Assembly (NCBI GenBank): GCA_000934665.2
Contig: KZ538879.1
Location: 1 to 42,535 of the forward strand
Length of the DNA stretch: 42,535 nucleotides
Direction of reading: 5' to 3'
Source: Catajapyx aquilonaris
Lineage: Eukaryota
The notes beneath the pieces are model-generated. The model was not told the origin of the DNA. It was given only the letters and a program-made list of their open reading frames with translations, and did not search any database. The position numbers and the translations under genes were made by a program. This document shows positions 1 to 12,027 of this stretch, in pieces. Position 1 is the stretch's first letter. Every line of letters begins with the position of its first letter.

Positions 1-965
1 GGCTCACTGCCGTCCGCATTGCGTGCATAACGACCAAAATTCAATGAAGTGTGCGACCATGAGCGGGGGGAAGATGGGCTTGGCCTACGGGGGGCGCAAA
101 ACCAGCCGGCCAATCGTGACGAGGCGCAATACGTCATTTTTACGTCACATCGGGCTGCTCACTTCCGTACGCTTGACCAAAATTCAGCCCCTGGTTTGGC
201 TCTTCTTGGCCTATAGGTGCAATGATAATTTTGACCACGTACTGGACAATCATGATGGCCGCAGAAGTTTTCGACGGCTTCACATGACCCTATACTGCTG
301 CCACAGAAGTGAGGCTACCCTTGTGTCAAGTGCAACATCCACAGGTAAGGAGTGTTCACCAACTCTGAAGAATGATGGTTCAAACACTTCAAAGGTATAT
401 AAAGTGCCGTGTCTTGTTGCAAACACCATGTTTGCAATAATTCGTTCGTGGCACAGCAACTTTATATTGAGTAGACTACACCTCGATATTTTGAGCACTT
501 CACAAGCAATTCCGCCTGGTAATTTTTACATGTCAAAATACTCAATTTCTCTGCAAAATCAGCATTCAACCCAATTCAGTTCTGAATATGACAGCCGGGT
601 GAAACCATGCTGTTTTAAAGTTTTTATGGTCACTCCTGTCAGGAATAATTATTATAATTTTGTATAGGTCTAGGGAGTAGAAAAATACGCAACATAGTTA
701 TGACTGTGCGTGATGATGACGTACGGGAGCAGCATTGTGACTTTCATGCTCCGGTAATGAGTAATTACTAACAATTCAGATTTTCATACATGGCTATTTG
801 AGCTCTTTTCCATTTCTTGATCCATGATTGATTGGTCGCGATTACTGTGTGGTGCGAGGGCGAAAAGGTTCTTCAGAGTCAAATGCTTGACCCTCCCAGA
901 TTAGAGTTTCCTGTATAATCTAATTACCTAAATGCGAACAATTTAAATTCTCAATTTTTCTCATT

Positions 966-1033
966 TTTATTAAAAGTTTAAAGTTTAAAGTTTAAAGTTT
1001 AAAAGTTTATTAAAAGTTTTATTAAAAGTTTAA
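966..1033. repeat. Degenerate tandem repeat of (AAAGTTT)/(ATTAAAAGTTT) units
   Basis: ttattaaaagtttaaagtttaaagtttaaagtttaaaagtttattaaaagttttattaaaagttt. Confidence 0.85.
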
Positions 1034-1738
1034 CTGCAGTAGGCTATTATGTTGGGGGTAACTCGGGTCCTTTGATCTATGCTCAATTTGGGTGTCATTA
1101 AATATGTGGTACTGTACAGTATACTATTCTTCAAGTAGATTTCGATCATATCTTAAATAAATAAATTATTGGCAAATTAGTGTTTTTTTTACTTACTAAT
1201 TTTGGAGAACTTTGTAGATAATTATTAATTCAGTTCAGTCGAACTTACAGTTTAATACTGTACTTGTGCAAGATTAGCCTAATTTACATTGATTTTTGAT
1301 TCAGTCGGCAATTTTTTTAAATACATTACTCAGAGAAAATTCACTAATTTTGCAGTGACTGTGAGGGAAAAGGCTTGTGAATATGAAAAAAATACACTAA
1401 GAATTTAGAAGATGCAAATAATTTCGGATATTATTTAATAATTTTCATTGTTATGTAAACCATCTATTATATAATTATTCATAAAACATGACTTGCTTGA
1501 TTAGTTACCATAAATTACTTGATTAATTTGGTACTGCATATCCGTACGGGATATTTCATAGTGGAAATATTTTAAAGTACTATGCCATATAGACCTGTGA
1601 CTCTGGAAGGATTAGCTCCAATCGTTTGGAAAATTACCCCAGTGCAATGCAGACATGAGCTGTATGGTAAGTGGAGACCTGGAGGGTATAGAGAGGGTCA
1701 GACGGATTTCTGCTAGAATGTTGGTGGTTACTTTAATT

Positions 1739-1840
1739 GAGTGGGAGCAGCGAAACAAAGGCGTGACTAACTCACTTCACGTAATTCAGTAAACGCAAAG
1801 TACCTGCGTGACGCTATATCTTGTGGTCGCTGCTCCACTC
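1739..1840. repeat. Imperfect inverted repeat, possibly a MITE relic
   Basis: gagtgggagcagcgaaacaa (1739-1758) versus ttgtggtcgctgctccactc (1821-1840, reverse complement gagtggagcagcgaccacaa). Confidence 0.55.
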
Positions 1841-3637
1841 GAGATGCATACATTCCTATACCTATAGTGCACTGGAGGCAATCTAGGATCCACTCTTATT
1901 CTATAAAAATAATAATTACTTCTCTTTCAAACTTGTAGTTAATGACACTAAGTACTTTTCTTAGAGCATTTGTAGTAAAGCAGAGGCTGAGATTAACTTC
2001 TACCAAACTTATAGCACTGCGTTGCCTATGGGCATATGTATAAGTATATCTTCTAACCTGCTGGAAACGTGCCAAAAATAGCAACTTTATTAATTATGAA
2101 AAATAAGTTTGCCATAATGTGTCTCCAAAATAATCTTCCAGCAGTCGTAAACATCTTGCTGGACAAAAATTATTTAATGGAATAGTTCAGAGGAGCTAAG
2201 GTTACACACTTTTTCGACTTCGACATTGTTTTTTTGTAACATTCAATGTTATTAATTTACACACATTTAATGATGGTTAGCCTGGAGATCCAATGAATCA
2301 GAGATGTAAAGGTGTTGTGTTTACATGTACACGAGCTTGCAGGCAGACGCTTTCACTGCATGACGACTTTCCACCAAGTGACGTGTATACTGAGATTTCA
2401 CGGCAAGACATTCTCTTATGCAAGCCACAGGAATGCCTGCCAGTTTTAATTACAAACTGGCCCAAAAGAGCCGGATGTTCAAAATCCAACAGGCGAGGCA
2501 TCTGCGGCTTGTTGGATCTTCTCCGCTCTAATGATAATTACTTTGCATCTCTCGCATTTAGTTTATAAGGGTACGGTGCATGTGGAGCATGCAGGTAGCA
2601 ATGATTACGCGGTTTGTGAACAAGAAAGACTCACTCGAGAAAGTTTTGGCACGAATTCTCCGGGGTTAAGATGCCTCCAGGAATGCAGGCAAAGTGACAG
2701 CCTGCTTCACTGTACTGTACACATGCATACCTGCTTGTACTATACAATACCACGGAGAAGCTGCGGATGGGTTTAACCTTGAACATTTCAGAAAACTTTT
2801 GGCATTGCCGATTCAGCAGCAGAAAGTTGCGGAGTCGACTAATTCACCGGACTATTCACCGGCTATACGTATACAGAAGTTTCAAGGACTGTCGTTTATA
2901 TCCATGAATACAAATGGGTGCAAATTCACGACACTAACAACAGAGATCGACTAAAAAATTCTAGCCTTGCAGTATCGTTACACAACTCCGGATTTAATGT
3001 CACGGTTGGCCTTTTGATGACACCAGCCTATATAGAAGATATGCACATAGCAAACTTTGCGGCCTGGTTTTCCTGGAGCCCTTGGACAAACGAAGAAGAA
3101 ATGCACCGTGATATCGGTGCTCGGCTTGCTGCTTTCAAGCATAATTTAGTGCCGAGACGCTTATTCTGAGTGTCCTCGGGGCTGCAGGCCTTGATCAATA
3201 GTAGTTTGAAGAGAGGAATATAAGGGGGGTGGGCGAGGATGCCTTGCCCTTCTTGCTGTCTTCAGGAAACACCCCACATAAACTCTCACTTCGTATACAT
3301 TTGCGTCGGATCTAGTTGACCTCAGGTTGTTTCGCGGGGTCGCCTCGACTAATTCGCGATAATTCGAGGGGATGTGTGCCGAAAGGATTTTACCAGCACC
3401 GCCTCTGTTATTATACGGGGCATTAACAAGCCTCCCCCATTTCCGGCGGCGCTTTAATTCCTAATTAAATAAACTCGACTCCACTTTAAATTGCTTAGTG
3501 CCTGAGTTTGTGGGCCAGACCTGGATTCAGGACCAAGAAGTCATCAATATGACTTTGCGACACGCCAGATGAGTAATTGTCACTGTCTGGTTCGAGTATG
3601 CTTACAAGCTTCTCGCTCCCAGTTCCATCAAGGCAGA

Positions 3638-3910
3638 TCTATATGTATAAGGTAGAAAGTCCGGCTGTCTGTCTGTGAAGTGGGAGGAGTTAGAAGGAGC
3701 CAATCACTGTCTGAGACGTCACATTGCTCTGTCCAATTGCGATCTGTGACGTCACATCACCGATCACGCTAGCCAATCGCGGGGGTCAGGATGTCACCCA
3801 TGAATATCGGTAAATCGCGAAAGGAAATATCGACTGGAGGACAAGGAGGGCCGTTTAAAAATTAAGGGATAAAGCAATGTTTCGACTGTCCCTCCGATAT
3901 TCGTATATTC
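3638..3910 (+). mobile_element. Possible Helitron-like 5' end relic upstream of the gene (right boundary uncertain)
   Basis: A|TCTATATGTATAAGGTAGAAAGTCCGGCTGTCTGTCTGT: a TC start, a TATA-rich stretch, then a short (CTGT)n run, which resembles insect non-autonomous Helitron 5' ends. No hairpin-CTAG 3' end found. Confidence 0.35.
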
Positions 3911-4993
3911 TGGGGCGACCTCGATGCTTTTCAATGCCATTTGGAACCTCCGTTTTCAGGAAATGAAGCGGGCTGACAGCCTTGAGCAAACAGATAAAAC
4001 AAGTCTATGCAATGTGCATGGAAGTGCACGGCAGTATCCGATGGAGCTATCTGATATAGAATTTTGGGCCCGCTGAGTGTGGACAATACGCTTACGGTGC
4101 AGTCCAATAAGGAAGGGCGATATTTAGGTCTCCTGGTAGGTGTATAGAGTCGTTTCGAAGCTTTTTCTGGTGCGGGGGACTGGGGAGAATAAGTTGAATG
4201 GGTGGGCCTCTCGGACCAGAGCTTGGGAGAGGAAAAGAAAGACTTGTGTCACCGTCCATTCGCTCCGGCCGTTTCCCCCCTACTCGAAATTGAAATGGAA
4301 ATTCTCAGGGAGAGCCTACCGTATAGTGGCTTTCAGAGTAATCACCTCTCAGGATAATTACAGTACTTCGCATTGTCTAAACCGAATGAACCTTAGGTGC
4401 TGATTTTCGCCTCATTTATTCATTGGAAGTAATCCCCGGGAATCATTATTTTCCGGGTTTACGCGGAAAGTGGGAGTGCTAAACCTGACATTCATGCATG
4501 GGTAGAAAAAAGCAATTGGGGGAAATTGCAACGCAAATAGACGAAACTGGGGCCGGTGCAATGTGAGAAAAAAGTTTCTCTAATTCTAAGAGTAAGAGTT
4601 GGAAAAACACTTTTGCCATTATGTTGCTAATGTTGTCTACTCCCAACTAGAACCTGATGAGCGATGGTACAATTTACCGCCAATAACACGAAAGTGACTC
4701 ATTACACCCCCATGTTACGCAAACTTGACAGTTGACAGGGCCAGTTTGTGCAAATGACAAGAAACAGCAGGTGCTCGGGTCAAGGCCACTCGCATCTAAA
4801 AATAGCCGCGTAAATAAACCCCCCCAAAAAATTCATGTGCGCCTTCTGACGACTTTGAGGCATACCTAAAAATCCTGTGCATATCGCAATGTGTTTTAAT
4901 AGCCTTGCAGAGTATCCGACGTCAGCGTCAGCGCGCTACTGCCGGGGATTGGCGGAGTGAATGGAGGCAGGCCTGGGGAGGACGGGGGCCTCC

Positions 4994-5027
4994 TCAGTCT
5001 AGTCCGGACCAGCTGGCGTGGTGGACG
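4994..5027 (+). promoter_or_regulatory. Candidate Inr + DPE core promoter; predicted TSS at A4996
   Basis: TCAGTC at 4994-4999 matches the Drosophila-type Inr (TCAKTY). GGACG at 5023-5027 matches the DPE (RGWYV) at exactly +28 to +32 from A4996. It lies 120 nt upstream of the ATG in a GC-rich patch, with no obvious TATA box. Confidence 0.6.
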
Positions 5028-5115
5028 GGCCAGACTCGTGCTCCAGCACCGTCCAAGTGCGCGGACGACGGTGTGCGACAGTGTGCTTAAAAGTGTGTGG
5101 AAGCTGGCTTCCGCT
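4996..5115 (+). other. Predicted 5' UTR of the Rnd-like gene
   Basis: Spans from the predicted Inr to ATG 5116 and contains no ATG. Depends on the TSS inference. Confidence 0.5.
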
Positions 5116-5226
5116 ATGGAGAGCCCCGAGTGTGAGAACATCGACTGTAAGATAGTGCTGGTTGGAGACGGCAAGTGTGGAAAGACGGCCCTCATTCACA
5201 GATTCGTCACCGACACTTTTGCGGAG
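5116..5226 (+). CDS. Rnd: Coding exon 1 of a Rho-family small GTPase, Rnd/RhoE-like (residues 1-37, includes the P-loop)
   Basis: ATG at 5116 in good context (gctATGG). Translates to MESPECENIDCKIVLVGDGKCGKTALIHRFVTDTFAE, with a Rho-type G1 box (GDGKCGKT) and the CKIVxVGD..CGKTALxHxF pattern I recall from vertebrate RND3. GTPase similarity stops exactly at a phase-0 donor GAG|GTGAGG (GT at 5227). The subfamily call rests on remembered sequences, not a search. Confidence 0.9.
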
Positions 5227-8200
5227 GTGAGGATTCACTCATGGTGGAGGATGCTGGAGATGTCTTTGACCCCAGTGTGTATCGATTGTACTGCAATTCA
5301 TTCATCTGTTGGCTGCTAGTGGATGGGTGATGCTGCACGTTCCGCAGCAGCGTCACGCGTACCGGCTGATGGGGGGGGGGTCATCGGGCGACTTATCTTA
5401 TCGCATATACCTTGTAATCCAGACGGTGACATGATGCTGGGGAAGTCACGTTACATCGGAATGGCTTATACAGTCACAGATACCGAGATACGGTCAGATA
5501 TGACTGCATGAGATGAGTGTGATTTTAAATTCGGTGTCAAAATTGCGAGCAGAAAAGCAAAATAAAGTGGATTTAAATTTAAAATTAGATGAACTGCTAG
5601 AGTGCGGAATAGCATGTTTCATGACGTCTACATTTGGGGGCTGTCTTTAAAAAGTAAAGGTTGTGCAGGTTAACTTGATCCTAATATTCAGTTAACCGAA
5701 ACATAATGTCGCATTGAAATTAATTGTGGGCGCAGTAATATTAGAAATGTGCATTTAGTGCAATGTGCTGCCATATAGAGGAAGCTGTGAAAAAACACGT
5801 TTTCGGCCACTTTTCAGTGTCCAAATTTTTTAAATCTCCGATATAAAATTGAAATAAGAGTGAAAAGTGTGACAATGTTTCTGAACTTCGTTTGAAAAAC
5901 TCATATGGGTTGAGTGTAGGTGATGTCAACAAAATTTCACATGTGCCTGCACCAAAACTAGTTATTTTTTGTTCAAAAGTGATTAATTAGGCAGTGTGCG
6001 GTGTACAGTATATAGAAGGCTTAACGTGATTGTGGACATAAATGTGCGTATTTCTCAGCACTGTAGTACGATAATGAATTACATAATGAAATATTAACAC
6101 GCCGATGAATATATTTTCTAGGATTCGTGATTGTAAACTTAGGCTGCGAGTCACTACATTAGACATGCTGGTTATTATAGTGTTTACTGAAGTTTCCCCC
6201 ACAACACACATTCCCCAATGACCACTTATAATCTAAACAGATTATTACGTAATACTATTTAACGAATTTCTGCATATAGCTGTTCTGGTATAAATTATGT
6301 TGCATAATGTTATCAATTAAATCGATTATTTTCCTTAGTATGAATTGATGTAGGAAATTCTCTTTCAAGTTGAAACTTAAATGTAAGCCCAACGGGTGTG
6401 CCGTGTGCGTACTTGACATTATTATTATAACAGCTTGAACATAATCGCACGGTGTCGCGTTATAACCCTGACCACTGCTGTAGTTATCAGTTGTCCTTGC
6501 AAACTCCCCCCCCCCCCCTCTTGCAGATATTGTTTCTCAATACGTTGTTAGCACCGGGTTCAAATTCTAGGGTCAGAAAAGGCGAAATTCCGGAGCCATC
6601 AGATCTGGTTTCACATGTGGTAATTGCAGAGGAAGCCTAGTCGTAACTCAGCGAAAGTGGAGCAGCTGCATGTGAGCAGTATTAGCAATAAGCATGAGAC
6701 CGAGGCGTCATTAGACCGGGCAATGAAAAGATCGCGACCAAATTGTCAATAGCAGCCCCAAACAGGAATCTGGGCTTGACGACCCAAGAATACGAACTGT
6801 GGAATTTTCTCCAACTTTTTTTTGCTCTAGCAGTGGGAGGTATACGTATACTATAAGGGGGTGGTTGGTCTCTGAGGCTGGCTGATGGCCAGGGGAGGTT
6901 CAGGCCACGTTGTATACTCTATATACGGGCAGAAGGCACCGGAGTCTTGCAAAAAGGAGTTTTTGGGGGTGGCCGAAATCCACCGCCTTCCCTCAGCAGT
7001 TTGTCAAGGCACAAACGACAGCAGCTGTCACAAACGGAGAACTTGTTATTTTGTGGAGCGTCGCTTGTCATTCAGAGGGCAATTTTGTTCCGAACTTTTC
7101 CCCCCTTCCTATCAGGCAGCCTAGATTCGGATATCACTGTGCGTCATTCTTACCGCACTTTTTATTTGATATCAGTTTGATCTGGAGAGTGATTTTTTTT
7201 TTGAAAACACAATATCATGAGGTTTGGGCAGACAGGGTAAGTTGGACATTAAATGATACACCGTAATTAAAATAATGAAAATAGTGTAATTAATACAAAA
7301 CTTCGTGATATGAAAAACATGACGCAACAATGGATGTGGAAAAACTAATAAGTAGTCATGCCGCATTATCCTCCATTTCATATGATCAGATGAACTGATG
7401 GAACAGTGCTATTTTATATTTTAACAAAGTAAGTGCCCAGCAGTTTTGAATTTCCAAAGCGTACTGTACTCGATTTCCAGCTGTATACAGTATACCGATG
7501 GACTTGACTTTTGAAAAAAACCGGAAACCGTGAAATTGAGTCACGGAAGAAATGCATCAGGAAGATTTACATACCTGTCCTTAAAAGCATACAGGATTGT
7601 TATAACTGTATATTGGCCCGCTGATGTATGACGGTAACTTTGAATTAATGCACTCCCAAATATCACTGGAGCGCATATTAAATAACACTTCAATGAACAT
7701 AACAGTAATTGGATTGTCATTTACAGCGTAATTTAATGGCTGATTAAATATACTGTGGGTGCTGTCCACTTCGATTTGTGTTTCCTAACATTTTAACAGC
7801 TTTTCGCACTTTAACCAATTTCATTTTGAATATATTCTTTTGGGTTGTTCAAACAGGTGGTAAGGGTAGGTCTAACCCCACGTGAATGTAATTATTGTAA
7901 CGATGTTTCTAAGTGTATCAAGTGTGCCTTACGTGCATTACAAGCCAAACTTGTGCTTGATTCAATGCCAATTTCTCTGGCGTGTTGAATACTTGGTAGA
8001 TGTGTCTGACGATAGGAAAAAAACACATTTTAGACAAAGGTGTTTCACGCCTGTCGCGTCTCCTAAAAGCCGTAAAAGCATTGGTATACAGTGAGGAGAA
8101 AGGAGAGGTGCTGCTTTCACCCGGAGTGCTTTCTAGTTTTCATATTACACCAAGAGAGTCTGAGAAAGAAGGGAGTGCACTGATACACCATATACGCTTT

Positions 8201-11200
8201 GTGTTCGGGGGAGTTTTTGTGTGAAGCAGGACGACTAAATGTCTCCAGATTTTTTTTTGTAGGTGATACGCATTCTTGCTCTTTTTAAATGCTCCAGTGT
8301 GTTCGTCGTGCCAGTCTGTGACATAAAGCACCGACACCGAAGCAGAAATGTTGCGGTTTTGCTGATTAGCTCAAGGCTGCTTTTCTGCGCGTCCACCGTT
8401 ACGGTGCGACAGATTAAAGAAGCCTATTTTATACATAGGAAGTTTAAATTACTCATGAATTTGACGTGAGATATCAGCACAAATGTCTATACGCGGAATG
8501 TTCCCGCCCTACGAATTCCAATGCAAGTTTGACCTTCACTGACGCTTTTATCTCAGGATGTGTGATGTAGATTCGTCATGTACAGTACACAAGCTTTAAG
8601 ATCAAAGTATACATTATAGGAATTGCAATATTTTAAACCAGTCGTAACCCACTCTAAAGTAGCCAATATTATGGGCGCGTGTCAAAAAAGAAGCCATGTA
8701 ACAGATGCCTCTCAAGTGTCGCTGTTTTGCAGCCCAGTTAAGATGTTTAAAATAGGACTTATTGACAAGTGTCACAATGCCTCTCACTTTCAGAGGGCTT
8801 TAGTTCTTCCAGTCATTCACCAAGTCCTTTGTCAACGAGTAACGAGTGGGCCATTGCTCCAAGTTATTTGCCCTACGAGAAGAATGAGGCATCATCAGCA
8901 GCCAGGTCCTTCTGACAAGCCTCACTTACAATTTTGTGTGTGTGTCCGTCCAGACGGGGTCCAGCAGGCACAGAATTGAAGCTTGACCTCTTAGTATAGA
9001 GATAAGAGGAGACAGCATATACTTGATCCACAGTCGTCCTACCTATATACGTAGAGGACCCCGATATAGCTGAGGAATTCACCCAAAGTGGTTTTTCCAT
9101 CTTCCATAAGTATCTTGATGGGAGAGAGATTCGCTTCGGAACTGCATATTGGCGGGGATAAAACCAGATTTTGCTTCCTGGTCACGTAATATCGCCAAGC
9201 CATGGAGCTGAGTCTCTCGAAACGGCTCCTTTTTACCAGCAATAGAATTTCGCTGCTGTCTTGGGTTCTGGCCCTGTTCTGATTAATGAGCCGGAGATTT
9301 ATTCCCCGGTACTCATTCATTAGTCGGTGGCTACGAGAATCTTGCATCCCAGAATCCTCGTGTCACTCATTACACTCGATATCGATTTCTGCAAAGAGGG
9401 GCTTTATAGCCGGCCAATTGCGGCGGCTATAAAAGCAAAGCAGCCGTGTTACGGCATCTTCAAAGTTATGTTATGTATCCGACGATTTTTGCGGATTTAA
9501 CTGTTATGTGAAGGCATTCACATATATTTTTTCGGGCTTGAAATTAACCTTTTTGTGCGCAAGGAAAAATTCCGTGCTGATTTTAATATGCCAATTAATA
9601 ATGTTATTGACATTTAACGGGATCACAGACAACCCGGAAAAAATTGTCGCCTACCCGTTACACGTTTTCCTGACGTTTAACCAACATAAATCGTAACTGA
9701 CGAGTTAGCAGCCATTCGCCCAAACTTCCGCGGAGTATATATAGGCCGCCCATTACTCACGTTCTGGACAGATGACATGGTGAAGATCGTTATATGAAAT
9801 GAATGGAACGGCCTCCCAGTCTAAGAATTGGAGCAGCCTATGCCATCTTGGGATTTTATAAGGGTCCTTTTTTTCCCTTCGTATACCGCTATTGCATTGG
9901 TGACGTCGTGGTGTGAAATATGTGTTCTGAAAATTTAGGAAAACACATGTTGCGCGCCACTCTTTCGAATTCAATATCGGAAGACAGCAGGGAAAGAATG
10001 GGAACAATAAGAGCTGTGGACTAATAGGAAATTCGAATCCTTCAATTAGGCGAGCCTGTTAGTTTTGTCTGTTTGTTACAAATTATTTTCGAGTATTGAA
10101 AACTGATATTCAAATGTTGGACAATTTTGCAGTTCGATTTCCTATTGTTATTGTAAATTATACGAGTATCGAACGGACTTTGGGCAGCTTTGGAATAGAC
10201 AATAAAGTTTTCCCCAATCTTACTGGAAACTTGCCTTTTCCTTTCATTCCCTGTGTTTCCGCACAATCTGTGATGAACTATATAGGTATTGCGAGATTCT
10301 CCTCTAGCAGACGTCGCCTCTTTTGTGAAGGAACGAGTTCAGATCATCTTTATTGCGCCGAAAATTAAACTTGTAGAATGTCTCTGTGAAATTAACGCGT
10401 ATATGGGTCCGAACTGGGACGAGATTAGAAAAGTTGCTTGCTCCAAAAGAGAGGCTCTCAAACTCCCTAAAGTTGATCATAAAGAGTGTGACTTTGCATT
10501 TGAACCCTGGCTTAAGGCAGTCGCACAGCACACTGTATGTGACAAGAGTGAAAGGAGGCGAATGCGAGAGAGCTCAGCAGCTGCGAGTGAAACTTGTCAT
10601 CAAGCGCTTGAAAGGAAACCCATGACACTGTACACCAGAGAGGGAGTAAATGTTGGCAGCATTCGTATATGCTTGCTTACACCTAGCTATCTCCACAGTC
10701 ATGTATAGCCGACCTATACTGCGGTAATATTTCCTAAACCATGCATGAATTTACAATTGGAAGCAAAAACATTTTTTAATTCTCTAGATTCGTTGTATAA
10801 TGCGGTTCCTGCATGATTCACAAGAAGGTGTGGCTGGTTCTGGAACGCAGGAATGGCAGAGTCATGGAGTCAGTCCACTTTTAACACGCTCTTGCTCTAG
10901 AAGTTTTGGAAGTCTGAAAGAGCCGGAGTTTGGAGCAGCGAGACTGCAGAGGGGCTGGCGAGCTGGAGAGAAAGTGCCTTATTATGGAAATGCGATAGGC
11001 TGTCACCTCTGCTACGATGCGGGATGATTGTTGCCAAATGAGGATTAGGATATAGCCTGCGTGGTTTCCCCAAGATGGCGGTGAGGCTAGAGAAGAAAAA
11101 AAGGAGAGTGCTTCTTTCTGCTGATGGGGGGTACTCTTCTTCTACACAAGGATTGAGAGATGAAAGAAGGGGACGGAAGAAGATGGCAAGAAGATGATGG

Positions 11201-12011
11201 GAGGAGAAGCAAGAGTCATTAGGACATCCTTGAGGAGCAGGTGCAGGGAGGTACCCGGCCTCTCTTTCAAAGCGGCCCATTCTCCCTCAAAAAGGGCCCT
11301 CTCTGGAGCCTACTTTTCATACGGGTGCTGCTGCTGTCTTATGCATTTTTATGCTAATATGCTTTCTAGTACCGACGGACGTGTCGTTGGTAGGCAGCCC
11401 CGGTTCTGAGAGCTATGCTATGAATTTTGTGTTTTTTTTTTNGGGGGGGGGGGAATAACGTGGACAGGAAAACCACTTTTCCTTCATTCACAGAAATGCG
11501 ATTTTATCTTCAACTGATTGTGGCCAGCTGAGAAGTTACGTTTGTCTTGCGCAGTTTATGCTGAGGCAGAATAGCCTACGCTATATGTGTGAAGTTTCAG
11601 GCGAGTAGGGTCTGTTGTAAACTAATTGACGAGGAAATGGGGCTCATTCGTTAACAATAATGCGATGTAAGGATGCGTCATTTATTACGAAACTCTTTCA
11701 CATCACGCACAGGATGTCGCTAATTCTCACTATTTCACCTGTTATACCATAAGAAGATATTTGAAAACGTGTTCTGATGATCTCAAAGTGGTGGTGGGCG
11801 TGTGAATTATTAAGGAATAGAAGAACAATTGGGAATCTGTGGTCGTAAATCGAAGGTTGGGCGTGGATGTGGTGGATAGCCAGCCAGCAAGGGCCAGACT
11901 GGGCCGGCTCATTTGGCGCCCTGACATGGCCCACCGAAATGGGGCTCTGGTGTCGCTACACTAATGAAGAGAAGACCCGCAGGCATCATGAGGGAAAAGG
12001 GCTCAGGAACT

Positions 12012-12027
12012 AGAGAGAGAGAGAGAG
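12012..12027. repeat. (AG)8 microsatellite
   Basis: agagagagagagagag. Confidence 0.9.

Noticed and set aside
1..193. Possible terminal inverted repeat of a DNA transposon (ttgaccaaaattcagcccctg; reverse complement starts CAGGGGC)
   Set aside because: The partner end would be outside the window, so neither TIR nor TSD can be verified.
23..667. 214-aa ORF, the longest in the window
   Set aside because: GTG start, no recognisable domain and a random-looking composition. It overlaps a likely repeat end.
2694..2954. NSPDYSP resembling the mariner YSPDLAP motif
   Set aside because: It arises from a small direct repeat (attcaccgg twice), and no other transposase motifs are nearby.
4654..4695. Hammerhead-like CTGATGA...GAAA
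   Set aside because: Stem II does not close next to GAAA and the flanking stems are missing. Other CTGATGA sites also fail.
4957..5319. 120-aa ORF as a complete single-exon gene
   Set aside because: It starts at GTG and reads through the 5227 splice donor into intron sequence (VRIHSWW...). Only 5116-5226 is GTPase-like.
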